From NCBI GenBank assembly GCA_030324005.1, contig JARDVH010000124.1, positions 34,120,580-34,184,579 of the forward strand: a DNA stretch of 64,000 nucleotides, given 5' to 3'. This document shows, in pieces, positions 25,895-39,149 of this stretch. This DNA is from Negaprion brevirostris (lineage: Eukaryota). A program made the translations under genes and the position numbers. Positions within the stretch are counted from its first letter, which is position 1, and every line of letters starts with the position of its first letter. Under the pieces are notes generated by a model that was not told the origin of the DNA, ran no database searches, and saw nothing but the letters and a program-made list of their open reading frames with translations.

Positions 25895-26620
25895 TATGTT
25901 CTTAGTTAACGGTAGGGCATTGGGGAGAATTACAGAACAGAGAGATCTAGGGATACAGGTTCATAGCTGCTTGAAAGTGGAGTTACAGGTGGACAGAGTG
26001 GTGAAGGCAGCATTCGGCATGCTTGGTTTCATCGGTCAGAACATTGAATGGAGGAGTTGGGACGTTTTGTTGAAGCTGTAGAAGACATTGGTAAGGTCAC
26101 ACAGTTCTGGTCATCCTATTATAGAAAGGATATTAAACTAGGAAGGCTTACCAGGATGCTACCGGGACTTGATGGTTTGAGTTATAAGGGGAGGCTGGAT
26201 AAACTGGGATTTTTTTCTCTGAAGCGTAGGAAGCTGAGGGGCGATCTTATTGAGGTCTATAAAATAATGAAGGGTTTAGATGAGCAAGATAGTCAATATC
26301 TTTTCCCAAAGGTGGGGAGTCTAAAACTAGGGGGCACATGTTTAAGGTGAGAGGGGAGAAATACAAACTGGTCTAGAGGAGCAACTTTTTCACATAGAGA
26401 GTGGAGAGTGTCTGGAACAAGCTGCCAGGTGTAGTAAGAGAGGCGGGTATAATTTTGTCTTTTAAAAAAGCATTTAACAGTTACATTGGGTAAGATAGGT
26501 ATAGTGGGATAGGGGCCAAATACGGGCAATTGTGCCTAGCTGAGAGGTTCAAAAAAAAAGGGTGGCATGGATAGGTTGGGCTGAAGGGCCTGTTTCCATG
26601 CAGTAAACCTCTATGACTCT
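25895..26620 (+). mobile_element. CR1 ORF2 C-terminus and 3' UTR
   Basis: Encodes EQRDLGIQVHSCLKVELQVDRVVKAAFGMLGFI and RRKLRGDLIEVYKIMKG; tail ctctatgactcta. Confidence 0.92.
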
Positions 26621-26998
26621 ATTCTTCACTGAATCTTACTATTTGGACTAGTTGTTGCCTTGATTACACAAAAGTATTAATGCATTCCCCAAGGAAATAT
26701 TAATTTACAATAAATGTTACATTGTCAAAAAAGTTCATGGAAATCTCATCATAAAAATAGTGAATCTTTAATGTAAATATGTGTGCTTATCTTTTTTTTT
26801 TATTCACATAAGAATAGCTTTGAAATTATGTTGTGTAGTGTTACTTGCCAGTGTCAAATGTTTTTCTAATATACTAATAGAGACACAACACATGGCTTTG
26901 TTAAAATAGCATGTTATACAATTTCTCACTAATGAGTTTTGGAATCCCTGCTATTAATTTTTTTCAGTTGCTAATTTTTATGTGCATTTTGCATCTAG

Positions 26999-27101
26999 TG
27001 GATGGTTGGAAAGAGAAAGCAGACATGGCCTACAACCTGGACATAACTGGTTTCTGATTTCAATGCAGTGGTGGCAGCAGTGGAAGGAGTATGTGAAATA
27101 T
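26999..27101 (+). CDS. USP32: Internal coding exon of ubiquitin carboxyl-terminal hydrolase 32 (start of the DUSP region)
   Basis: Acceptor ttttgcatctAG, then 103 nt (1 nt + 34 codons) encoding GWLERESRHGLQPGHNWFLISMQWWQQWKEYVKY, then donor GTGAGT. Nearly identical to human USP32 as I recall it: GWLERESRYGLQAGHNWFIISMQWWQQWKEYVKY. Confidence 0.95.
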
Positions 27102-28699
27102 GTGAGTACTTGCCACATTTTTTTAATGTTTATTGAAAAAGTCAGACTCAAACACCACAGATGTCACATGCTGTTTGAAGCAATATGAGTTTTTGAGGAA
27201 AAACAAGCTTGTTATTTCATCTGGAGTCTAAAGTTTGGAAACAATTTATTCAGTTCTAATTGATCTGAGGAATTTGTTTGTATTTCCGCTCACCTCCTTC
27301 CAACAGCAATGTTTGTGCAATGACCTTGCCCTTATAAGAAAGGTTTGCAGTTAAGCATCAAAACAGATCCACTTCTGTGAGATTCCAAAGGCGGTTGGAC
27401 TTTTACAAATCTAACAGTCAGAAAATGTACCTCACCAACAATAAGTGACTAAAGAAGGTGGACCTGGGAGGTGGGTACTGAGAGAGAAGTGGTAATATCT
27501 GTGGGAGTGGGGATGTGGATGTGTAAAGCTGTGAGGGGAGGAAGAACTGAGAGTGGGGGAGCTGTTTAACCAGGGTTTTTCAGAACAAATGTCTCCCTTT
27601 TTCTGGCCCTTTTGGAGCAGGAATCAGGTCTCAGAGATCAGTCACTTAGGCCGTGCCTGTCATTTTAAAAATAGCATGAGATTTTAAAGGGACCTCACAA
27701 TTAACACTCGATCGGAGTTCCATCATAGCCATTGCTGTGATTAGCAGAAAAATAACCCCATCTGTGAATGACAGTCCACATTTTGGTAGGCTCTGCCTTA
27801 GGTTTAGTGGCCAATTGAAACAAATATCATTGCAGCTGTATAAAATACTGTACTTCCATTATATAATACTCCTGTCCTTAGAAACACATGTCCTTAAAAA
27901 TGCTATAGGCAGCATGTTGTCAGTGCAAGTTTTATAGAAGTTTCACCTTTGATTCTCTTACTAAAAGGTTTTGCAATTTTAACTTTTTAAAATTTTTTCA
28001 CAAGATGTGGCTAGGCCAACATAGGACAATCTCAGATTTGATTTACTTATGATAAACTAATCCCAGTTAAATACATGACCTCACTAATTTCCCATTTTTA
28101 AGCTAACATGATACATGTATTGTGCATTGACCATGAGCAAACAAATGGATGAAACAATTATCTTGGTCTCCAGATTGCCAAAGACCAGAAATACGACTAA
28201 AGATGCGTGTCTGTAAATTAAACCTCAGAATAAAGCAGTGTTTGTCTGCCAATTGTGTGAAGCTTTGCTCATAACTTACTAACTATTCACTGTGTAATTT
28301 ACAGAAGATAACTCAACACTCAATGCCACATCAAATTGATCTTGGTATCAGCTGATTAAGAGATTTGTAAAAGTTGTGTAAAAACTTGTGTTCCAAAACA
28401 TTGTCATCTTTCACACTTTCTTTATTGGATGTAGAAGTTNNNNNNNNNNNNNNNNNNNNNNNNNNNNNNNNNNNNNNNNNNNNNNNNNNNNNNNNNNNNN
28501 NNNNNNNNNNNNNNNNNNNNNNNNNNNNNNNNNNNNNNNGGCATTACCTGTAATTTTGACTCCAATATATAAGCACAGGCATCAACTCATTCAAATTAAA
28601 TGGGTTAAATTCTTCTTCTCAAATAGTGGATCAAGAAAGTGAAGGTGATCTTAAGCAATCGCTGGCTACTGTCTCATGTTGTTTGCAAATATGTCCTAT

Positions 28700-29320
28700 T
28701 TGATCCTGAGTTAAACTTCCAACTAAATATCTTCTGTAACATCGGGACTGTGGATTTCAACCTCTGTAATATTGCCCATCTCTGCCCCGGACTCAGATCA
28801 TCTTCACTGACATGCCCTTGTTACCTCCCAACTTGACCACTCCAATAAGCTCTCACACAGCTAGCCTCTTATCATTCATTTTCTGTAAACTTAAGACCAT
28901 CCACAATTCTGCTGTCCATATCCTAATGCACATCAAGCTCCATTCATCACTGGTGCTCACTAATGTAGTGGTGTTGGCTTGCCACTGCCTTGGTTTTAAG
29001 GTTATCATCCTTGTGTTCAATCGAACCACAGTCTCAACCCACTTTATCTTTATAATTCCTCACTGTCTGATTACCTTCCAAGAATTCTGCGTTGCTTCAA
29101 GCCTGATCACTTACACAACCCCATTTCCTACACACCAATATCTATGTCTTAAGTTCTGGAAATCTGTCTCCAAATCCCTCCACCCATCCACTTTTCTCTA
29201 TTTCTTGAGAATGGCAATTAAAACATAGGTCTTTGACCAAGCAATTATCACCAATCTTAATGTCATGTTTCTTGGCTCAATTTTTTGTTTGGTTATGTTC
29301 CTGTGAAGGTTCCTTGGACA
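28700..29320 (+). mobile_element. Old L2-like LINE 3' portion
   Basis: Degenerate FNLCNIAHLCP, KLKTIHNSAVHIL and GFKVIILVF motifs plus an L2-type 3' UTR. Confidence 0.7.
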
Positions 29321-29329
29321 TTAAAAGTA

Positions 29330-29870
29330 AAGTATATTTATTAGTCAAGCAAGTCTTACATTAACACTGCAATTAAATACTGCAAAACTCACTCAGTCCC
29401 CACAGTCGCCTGCTCAGGTCAATGCACCTAACCAGCACGTCTTTCAGAATGTGGAAGGAAACCAGAGCGCACAGAGGAAACCCACGAAGATACAGGGAGA
29501 AGGTGCAAACTCCACACAGACAGTGAACCTAGTCGGGAATCAAAGAGTTCTAATTCACAGAATCCCTACAGTGTAGGAGGAGGTCATTCAGCCCATCAAC
29601 CCTTCACCAACAACAGTCCCATCCGCACCCTATCATTGTAAGCCCACATATTTACTCTGCAAATCCTCCTGGCATTAAGGGGTAATTTAGCATAGCTAAT
29701 CAACCTAACCGGCACATCTTTAGATTGAGAGGGGAAACCGGAGCACACAGAGGAAACCCATGCAGATACGGGAAAAATGTGCAAACTCAGCACAGGCAGT
29801 GATCCACGCCAGGAATTGAACCCGGGTCGCTGGCACTGAGAGGCAGCAGTGCTAACTCACTGTGCCACCC
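29330..29870 (-). mobile_element. Two tandem HE1-like SINEs (~29330-29545 and ~29555-29870)
   Basis: Two copies of gaggaaaccca..tgcaaactc; the second ends in the reverse-complemented tRNA head. Confidence 0.85.
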
Positions 29871-30603
29871 CAGAAGAACAACAATGCGTAAATAGACATT
29901 ATTGTTTTTGTTGTATACACTATTATTTCCCTGGGATAAACTAAACAGCAGCAAACTTTAACTATCATTAGAGTATAAATAGCATGGGCCAAAAAGGGGA
30001 AAGGCAGAGCTTTAAATTTCTTCAGCGTTGTCATTTGGGGCTCAACATGATAATAAAACCAAGACATCTACATTTACATCACCAACATCATTCATTCTTT
30101 CTTATTCCATAAAATCCTCCCAGCTCCACCAAAGCCTTTGGAATTGGCTGTGCTAGAAATTATTTTTTTGGATAATTTGACAGTTAAAGTGCCTTGGGAT
30201 TGGCTGTTTATGTTTGTTAGAAGTTGTCTTTCACAAGATTTTCATAATTAATACCTTTATAAAAAAAAGAAGACTGGCATGGGGCTTGTAGGGTGGATAA
30301 TGATTTCAAAGAAACTGAAGCTACCAACAGGCTATGCAAAGAGTCAACAAGATTGATTTCCCAAGTTATACATATTGAAGTTGGGGGAAGTTTGTAGTCA
30401 AATACAGATTTTAGTTTAATAAACCTTTCCACCAGTTCTAGAAAATGTTTAACAGTATTATCCAACTATGTGCATTCCCATGTTTAAAAAAAGTGGGTAC
30501 GTTTTACAATTTGTTAAAATTAGCTTCAAACTTTTGTTTAAAAGGTCTCCGCAGTATACAACTGAATTGTTACAACTCATTTAAAGTGTCGATTATAGCC
30601 ATA

Positions 30604-30760
30604 ATGTGGAAATGCCAGCGTTGGACTGGGGTGGGCACAAGTATTTGTGTCTGTGGTCTTCTCACTGTACTTTGCCACAGTTCTACCCAGCACAGCACTC
30701 TTCAAGACCTTACCTAGCAACCTCAGCATAGCTTCCAACCTGTCTTTACATATTTTTTCT
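30604..30760 (+). mobile_element. Penelope-like element fragment
   Basis: atgtggaaatgccagcgttggactggggtgggcac is the same terminus as at 41191 and 56810. Confidence 0.6.
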
Positions 30761-31679
30761 CTCTTTCATCTGTTCCCCAATTGTCCTTATACTTCTTTGA
30801 AACCCATCTCTCAGAATATAGTAAACTTTTATATTTTTCTTCTGGTAAAAAAAAAACTACTATTGATTGTGACCAGTTTAAAATCGTAAACTCTTTCTTA
30901 TCTCCCTTTGAAACTCAGTTGCTAAAAAAAAAACAAATCCTCACTTATCACCTAATGCAAATTTCTACTCACATTTACTTGTGGGACATCCAACTTGCCC
31001 TATTTGCTTCAAATACCTGCTTTTCACACATAGCCCCTTTGATGATCTCATTTCCAAGGACAACCAGTCCCTGGCTTAATCAAATTAGTCACACACACAA
31101 CCTCTACAATCCTGATTTAGAGTATCACTATTCCAGAAATATTTTAAAAAATACCATTTTCTTCATACTTATAATTGTTTTATTGCTATTGACACAATTT
31201 CACTGCAACAGTTTGAAAGGGTAATGCAAAAATGTAGCAAAATTGGTATTAATAAAGTGAACAACGTTGGAAACTAGACTATTTAAATTATGCCTTCTAC
31301 AAATTCATAGGTAAGAGTTAAAATTGTGGAAGTTAATTATGTCTACATTAAACAATGATATAATTGAATAGAAGTTTACATTATCACAATCCTATTAACA
31401 TAAATGATGAAAAATAATATTCTTCACTCAAATGCATTTCTGGCTACCAGACAACTGTTATGCTGTGAGTTGCCTCGCTGCATATCATAGTAATAAAAAA
31501 GGTAATGTTTGATGTTAATTGCAGATAAACTGTTGTCAACAAATCCTACTTGTCACTTTTACTCAATTGTGGGAGCACTGATTTGAAATATTTGGGCAAG
31601 ATTTTAGCTACAGTCATTCATGAATGAATTGATTCATTTAATTGGTATTCAACATGAAGGAGTATTAATTCACCAACCA

Positions 31680-31880
31680 AGGTGGCAGCAGGTAATCAGG
31701 AGGAGATTTCCTTGTCCATGTTTGACCTGTTGCCATGAGACTTCATGAGATCCTGAGTCAAGGCTGATGATCCCCAGGGCAACCCCCTCCCAACTGTATA
31801 CCAGTCTGCTGCCACCTCTGGTGGGTTTGTCTTGCCAGTGGGACCAGACATATCCAACAATGGTGATAGTGATATATTCA
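31680..31880 (-). mobile_element. LINE endonuclease fragment
   Basis: Encodes GYVWSHWQDKPTRGGSRLVYSWEGVALGIISLDSGSHEVSWQQVKHGQGNLLLIT. Confidence 0.85.
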
Positions 31881-32191
31881 GTGGCCAAACGGCCAATGGC
31901 CTGAGTAATTAGGCCCAATATAAAATTGGGCACTTTCAATTAATATACAGCTAAACTGCTTCCAGAAGCAAGGTCTGATGGAATGCAGACAAGGTTACCT
32001 CAGGTCAAAAGTCAACTGGGACCAACATAGATCTGCTTGACATTAGCAATGCAGGGAGTCATTATGAACTGAAACTGGAACCTAGACTTCTTATATATTG
32101 AATAGAAGTGCTCAGATGGAAGAGTTTGACCCAAAGCCAGTCAAGAGGCACTCAGTCAGAAGAATAGAAAAGTACATTATACTTGTGTATT

Positions 32192-32611
32192 CCCCAGTTT
32201 CAGCTAGACTCCCTGTTAGCCACCATGTCCTGAAGGGAGATATGCACAACTAGAATGACTTGGCCTAACCTCACAAGGTGCTGCAACCCCTGCCCTGTCG
32301 TCCCATTGGCTGAAAGCCAAAGAACATTCCAGAAGGGTTCCAAGAGGGGGACAAAAATGTCCATCTTAAGGTAAATCCCAGCGAAGACTTGACCTGTCCA
32401 CCATGAGCTGGGACGATGGAAGAGGGCATCGAGATCCACCTTCATACCAAGAAAACCCTGAGTTTATCTGTCGCATGAGCTCAGTGAATTGAATCCAACA
32501 GCCCAGTCAACTTCAGTCGCAGCACCTTGTGAGGTTAGGCCAAGTCATTCTAGTTGTGCGTATCTCCCTTCTGTGTATGGTGGCTAACAGGGAATCTGGC
32601 TGAAACTGGGG
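32192..32611. repeat. Fold-back element: 96-bp inverted arms around a ~230-bp core
   Basis: 32192-32287 is the reverse complement of 32516-32611 with few mismatches. Confidence 0.9.
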
Positions 32612-34224
32612 CCATAAAATTCCACCCCACAAGTTTCGGTTGGGTCAAGGGCAGACATTGGGCTGAATATTATGTGCCTCCACTGGGTGTGTTTCTAGTT
32701 GGGGGGGCAGGAATAATAGGCTAGATGTCAACCCCACCGCCTTCCCACACATCACCAAGGTCACCCCATAACACGATATGGGGCAGGGGTTAACATCAGC
32801 AATAATATTTAAATAAGTCATCAAAAGTCAAGTGAACTTGTTAGCCAACCACTTGACTATGATAATACACTGTCCTCACCATAAAATATTGGCGTGGGCA
32901 ATAGGGTGGGAGTGGTAGAACTTTTTTTTAAAGGGATGAGTAGAAAGGCGGTTATATTTGCTTCAGGGGATTTTTCTCCCTTCAGTTTAATGGTGCTACT
33001 GCAGGCCCACATTCATCTGCTCAATGGGGCGGGGAGGGGGGGCTGCTTCCTGCCCTGCCACCCAAAGATTCAGCAGGGAGCTTTTCCCCTTTGATCACAC
33101 CAGTCCCATAGTCAATTCACACGGTTTTGATGGATAGGCTGAAGGGGCGAGGGACCAACTTTGGGGTGGTGGTCCACGATGTGGAAAAAGTGAGCCCTTG
33201 AAGGAAATGGCCCTCCCACATCTCTCCCATTTCCCACCCTAGCACTGAGCTCCTCCTACCAGCCTCAAAACCGTGGTCAGGTGGGAAATGGCCCTGAGCT
33301 GGCTAGTAAATACCCACATAAGGGCTTCAGTTGTGAGCAAGGTGGGCCTGGCTTCATCCACCCAATTTTAATATTATGGAAATGTTGGTGGTGGAGGGGA
33401 ACATGTCAGGAAGGCCACTTGCCAACCCACCAACTGAGGCTTGGAACAATCTGTCCCTTGATAGATTGCCCACTCTCCCAAAATTTGAATAGCCTATATT
33501 TAGCAGTATTAGTGCTGCCAGCCCAGCTGTGATATATTCCAGAAAGTCAGGTGGTGAAGTATAGAACTGAAAGCAATCTGTATACAATTTTAGAAGCATT
33601 TATTTACTGGAGGTACTCATTACAGGCCTGTAACCAATAAACACTTTGGCATTCTGTTCCTGTATATAAGGGCACAGGAAAATCCTTAATTATTACCCCC
33701 CACCTGCATACTATTAAATACAATTAATGTATAATTAACAAACTGTTCTGTCTAAATGAGATCCAACCACAAGAAGTGTTCTGGCCCTCCTAAGCCAGTA
33801 ATCACAATCAAGTGTTGTTATTACTGAGTCCATAACCTGCCCATCGAATGCCTTGTTCAATCCCCAAATGTTACTGTGGGCAATCCAAGAATATCAAGAT
33901 TTATAAATTATGCAAAATTTCTTTATTAAGACATGTTTAAAATTAGCACATAACAGATTGTAACTTAAGAAATTTTAGTGATATGTTCGTCAAAATCTCC
34001 ATGGCCAGAATTTTCTTCCCCACCATCGGATTTTTAGGCAGGGCAGGGAGAAAGCCCAAAAAAATTACAGTTAGAGCTTGAGCAGCAACAGGTGGGGGTT
34101 GGTGTGTTGGGGAAGGAGCATGGTAGTTAATTAGAAGTCCCCTTCTGATTAACAGAATACTTGAAAATCATGGGGCTTAACAAATACCTGCCAGGTTCAT
34201 CATAACTATAACATGGAGAAGTAA

Positions 34225-34498
34225 GTGTATTTATTAGTGTCACAAGTAGGCTTATATTAACACTGCAGTAAAGTACCTGTGAAAATCCCCCAGTCACAAC
34301 ACACTGGCGCCTGTTCAGGTACACCGAAGGAGAATTTAGCATGGTCAATCTTTCATAATGTGGGAGGAAACCAAGGCACCCAGAGGAAACCCACACAGAC
34401 ACATGGAGAACCTGCAAACTCTGCACAAGCAATGACCAAGTTGGGAACTGAACCTGGGTCCCTGATGCCATGAGGCAGCAGTGCTAACCACTGTGCCA
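34225..34498 (-). mobile_element. HE1-like V-SINE
   Basis: Homologous to the reverse complement of 10510-10810. Confidence 0.88.
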
Positions 34499-35450
34499 GT
34501 AATGTGATATTGATAAGTTTTTTAAAAAACTTTGAGATAATTAACTATCCAATGCCGACTATTTAGATCCAGTAGTCTCCAGGGCTCTTTTGCCACCCCA
34601 GGGCCTTCTCTAGACTTCCCGCCCTGCTACCCCCTTGAACTTTAAGCTTCAACATCCTTCGCTTGTTGCTACAGGGACTGGTGCTCTGCTCACCAATTAG
34701 ATAGCCCAGCAGCTTTTGAAGGCAGGACCGCCTCCTGACAGAGTTCAGAAGTCTCAGCTGCAGCCATTTAACATTCACTCAAGTGAGTTACCTGTGGAGC
34801 ACTGAGCTGTCTTCCCCGCTAACTCTTCAGATGGCAGGAAGCAAGACCCTTGCCATCCAAAAATTCCAGGCCCATGTTTTGATGACTGGAATACCTTTGC
34901 TTGTATTTTACTTGATCCGAGGTAAAGGTGCCTTTTGAATTGTTAAAAGCATTTTATTGTAGTTGTTTTGGCGAGGAAATATCAAAATTAGGGGATCTCC
35001 TTTCCTCCTTTCTGTATTTTATCCATGTGCATTAGATGTTCAACTTTTCAGGGTTTGGATGTGCCAGCAAGAATCTAATCATTCAAGGTTACTCTAATTG
35101 GTCCCAAAACATTGCTCACAAATCTCTACAGTATCAATGGGGAATATGTTGTCTTCAAGGATACAAATTCAGCATTTCTCCTGGACAAAAATATTGTTTA
35201 GTCTCCACTGAGCTTACATGTTGGATGAAAGCATGGTTAGATTTAAAAAGAATGGCAGTTTCAGCTGCAATCAGTTCCAAAGATAATTCATTTGAGATGA
35301 GAGTGATTTATATGAATGAGACAATTTCTTAATTCTTTATCAAACTGAGATTCCTTCTCTCTTTCCTTTGTGACTCAACTGATTAAGTAATGGAAAAGCT
35401 GAACTCTGCGCATCAGAACTCGAGTTCATTCCTCGTGTGTTGAGGATCTT

Positions 35451-35531
35451 GGGTCTGAGTCATGGTAACAGTAAAAGGAATCTGAATCATGGGAACAGTA
35501 AAGGGGGTCTGAGTCTTGGTAACAGTAAAGC
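35451..35531. repeat. 27-bp tandem repeat, three copies
   Basis: gggtctgagtcatggtaacagtaaaag / gaatctgaatcatgggaacagtaaagg / gggtctgagtcttggtaacagtaaagc. Confidence 0.9.
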
Positions 35532-35589
35532 AGATCAATATCATTGGGCTAGGGAGGAAGAAATCAGTTTTGATCTATGCTGCAAAAGA

Positions 35590-37070
35590 CAATCATTTCT
35601 CCTGTTGGGGTGGCTGTAGTGGGGAAAAGCACCTCCATGTGAAATGTGTCTTTGCGTAGAACGTCTGAAGAGAGGGGTAATGGTATTTGTCAAGCTTCAG
35701 TTTAACCCTGATAAGTGCAAGGTGACTCATTTTGGTAGGACAAATTTGAATGCGGATTACAGGGTCAACGGCAGGGTTCTGAGGAATGTAGAGGAACAGA
35801 GAGATCTTGAGGTTCATATCCACAGATCTCTGAAGGTTGCCACTCAAATGGATAAAGCCGTGAAGGTGGTCTATAGTGTGTTAGTGTTTATTTACAAAGG
35901 GGTTGGAGTTTAAGAGCCATGGGGTTATGCTGCAACTGTGCAGGACCTTGGTGAGACTGCATTTGGAATATTGTGTGCAGTTCTGGTCACCTCAATATAA
36001 GAAGGACGTGGAAGCATTGGAGAGAACGCAGAGGAGATTTACCAGGATGCTGCCTGGTTTGGAGGGTAGGTCTTATCAGGAAAGGTTGAGGGAGCTCGGG
36101 CTTTCCTCTTTAGAGCAGGCGAGGACGAGAGGCCACTTAAGAGCTTTATAAGATGGTGAGGGGGATAGATAGTCTCTGAATGTCCACTCTATTTCCTCAG
36201 GTGGGTGTAGCTGTTAATAGGGGGCATAACTATAAAGGTTCATGGTGGGAGATATAGGAGGAATGTCCAAGGTAGGTTCTTTACTCAGAGTGGTTGGGGT
36301 ATGAAATGGGCTGCCTGCTGTGATAATGGAGTTGGACGCTTTAGGAACTTTCAAGCAATTATTGGATAGGCACATGTAGCACACAGAATGATAGGGAATG
36401 GGATAGCTTAATCTTGGTTTCAGACAAAGCTCGACATAACTTCGAGGGCTGAAGGGCCTATACCGTGCTGGACTGTTCTTTGTTCTATGTTCATCCCAAG
36501 CAGCTTTATGTTACTGAACTCTGTACTCCACAGGGACGCACACCGAGATAAACGCCAATTGCTACTGGAGGATCATCAACTTGGTAGAAGGGGCTCTTCA
36601 CTCTGCCCAAAACCTGTTGATCTTCCAGTGCCAAGAATTGTTCTCAACTGACACATTCCAAGTCCAGGACATGTACTGAGAGATGCACTCAAGTTTGGGA
36701 CAGCTGTTGCCAAGATGCAATGAGGAAAGGCCACTGTGTAAAGACCTTTCAGCTAATGTACACCTAGGGCCTGGTAACTGTGGAAAACCACTCTGACTGC
36801 GTGCTTAATTCCTAACCATATGTAACTGTACTGAAGCATCACAGGGTTCAATATGACTGATACATATAGTTTGAAAACAAATACACTCCCTGTATTGAAA
36901 CTACAAAAATATTTGTAATGTTCTCATTGCTGAACTGAAGCACATCAGAGTGCATCTTGATCTCTGGAGAAAATGTGAATATCATTGTATTTTACTGTTA
37001 TAACAATGTAAAATTATTTTGTAATGTCTTCAGATTTTATATGAATAAAGTGTATTTTTGCAAGAAAAAT
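35590..37070 (+). mobile_element. Tx1 (L1-clade) LINE 3' end, split by a CR1 insertion
   Basis: Degenerate zinc-knuckle region GGCSGE-KHLHVKCVFA..WYLSSF, then after the CR1: IPSS..GTHTEINANCYWRIINLVEGALHSAQNLLIFQCQEL..LRDALKFGTAVAKMQ*GKATV*. The 3' UTR ends in aataaagtgtatttttgcaagaaaaa. Confidence 0.85.
35698..36492 (+). mobile_element. CR1, 5'-truncated, nested in Tx1
   Basis: Encodes QFNPDKCKVTHFGR..EQRDLEVHIHRSLKV and HLEYCVQFWSPQYKKDVEALERTQRRFTRMLPGL; tail tgttctttgttctatgttc. Confidence 0.93.
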
Positions 37071-39149
37071 TCTGACACTAGTAATTAGGGTTGACAAGTG
37101 CCTGACACAAGGATATTACAGGGTTACAAATTCTCCATACTGAAACAAAATGTAATTGGGGGTTTTGTGTATACTGCTGCGTTTGCTGAGATACACTTAA
37201 AATGAAACACTACTAAACAACATCAGCTTCAACACCGATAAAGGTGCCTAAAATAAAGGGGTTCTGGAGATAGCCAGTATAATCAATTCTGTACAAGATA
37301 TTGGACCCAAGAGAGTTGAAGAAACCAGAGGCTTGTCAGATAGCGCCTGTCAAACAGGTAACAAAAAGAGATTTATGCCAGTGTTCCAAGTTGAAGGGCA
37401 ATTTAGAAAATACTTCCAAATCATGCAGCTAAATAAAAAATTCCTACATCTGATTCATAATAAATACCTTATGGACAAATACTTGCGTTGCTAGTGAAAT
37501 TGATAACAGTGCACAGATTTTTTTTTTTAAACTCTGATTAAATATCTGAGGTCTATTCTTAACCCTCAAGTCTATAACTTAACTTTTTACCAGTTATTCA
37601 TATCTCTACCAACTGGATCAAAGCTTAATAAATAGGTTTCAATGAAAAGATCAGCTCCCCATTGCATAGAGGAAGAGGGATAAACTGAAATCCCTGCTTC
37701 GCTCCCTACCCTTATTGTCCCCAATTAGTATTGTTTTGTAAAGGTGTTTTTAAACTCCCTTTCGTGGGTGGTCAATTTTAAGAACCAGCAGACTTTCATG
37801 ACTTTAAATAAAGAAGACGATTTATTCACACACTCACCCGAAGATCTAAATGCCATATCATTCACCGCCCACCCACACCATGCTTTCAAGATACAATTAA
37901 AGAAGATAGTGCACTTCTACAAGTGTTAATCCAAAAGAATAGTTTAACAGTCCATGTATTTGGCTTGTTGCAGGGGAACTGTCATTGTGGGCCTGATAAA
38001 GAAAGATATATTTTTTCACTCCTGAATTATAGTTCAGATGGGTTCAAATAGTTAGACATAGCACTTGAGACAAAGGAGATCAAAGGATATGGCGGGGGGA
38101 AGGAGGGGCAAGATCAGACTATTGAGTTGGATCGTAACGAATGACAGAACAGGTTTGAAGAGCCGGATGGCCTCAGCTCTCATTTTCTATGAGAGTCAGA
38201 TTATCCAGATTCCTTTGAGGGATTCCTCCAACAATGATTGTTCAGCAGCTTTTGAAGATGGGTACTTGTGGTTTTGTATCAGGAGATCAAATTCCTTTAC
38301 AGATGGACTTGGAAGTTTTGGAATCAGATTGGGAGCTTATTTGAAGATATGTGGCTTCCAGGACCTTCATTGGCAAAGATGACATAGCAGCTGCAGCAAA
38401 AGCCTGTCTCTTTTGGCTTTTACTTCCGATTGCCCAGATCTTTCTGGGTCTTCAGCTAAAAAACTGACTTCCAGATAGTTTTAAATCATATGACCAATAC
38501 TAGTACTCTCCGGCTGGAATGGCTTAGCTGAAAGCCATTGCTTTACAATAGAAGTAATAGAAAAGTTCGTCACATTTACTCAGGGTAAATTGGGTTGTGC
38601 CCAGATTTCATTGTTAGGATTCCATCTCAGGGACCTGAGCTCTGGACTGATTTTTGTTTGCTAAACCCCCAAACATAGCGCATCAGAATTTCACAGATAG
38701 TATTCGTCTTGATATGCTTTTCCCAGTGGTGGGGGCCCTCACCTCGGGTGATGCATTTAGGACCTTTTCAGAAGCTTCAGGTAATCTTTGGAGACCTTGC
38801 AAAGGCAACCTGAGCCTTGGCAGCCATCTTAAAGATTCAGTTTCCATTTTAAGTAAAATACAGTTCCAGAAACTTCTTTATGAACAGAGTTCAAGTAATT
38901 AATAAGACACATCTCTACAGAGTATATAACACTTTTGATTATGACACAGACAGCATGCCAATGTTGTGCTGCCTGCTAATTTCAATTGTTTCAGAGATGT
39001 TGTTCATTACTTGGATGCACTAGCAGGGGATCAATGTTGCGTGACAGGAGACATATATAGCCACGCTGAACTTCTTAATTGCAGTTGGAGCAGGTGGTCA
39101 CATTTGTGCAGGAAGTTAATCTGACCTAGGATTTACTGAAGAATGATTT

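Noticed and set aside
35451-35531. Possible CRISPR-like array
   Set aside because: Contiguous tandem units with no unique spacers, in a vertebrate context.
37640-38880. Possible solo LTR in reverse orientation
   Set aside because: The composition is suggestive, but I could not define TG..CA ends or a TSD.
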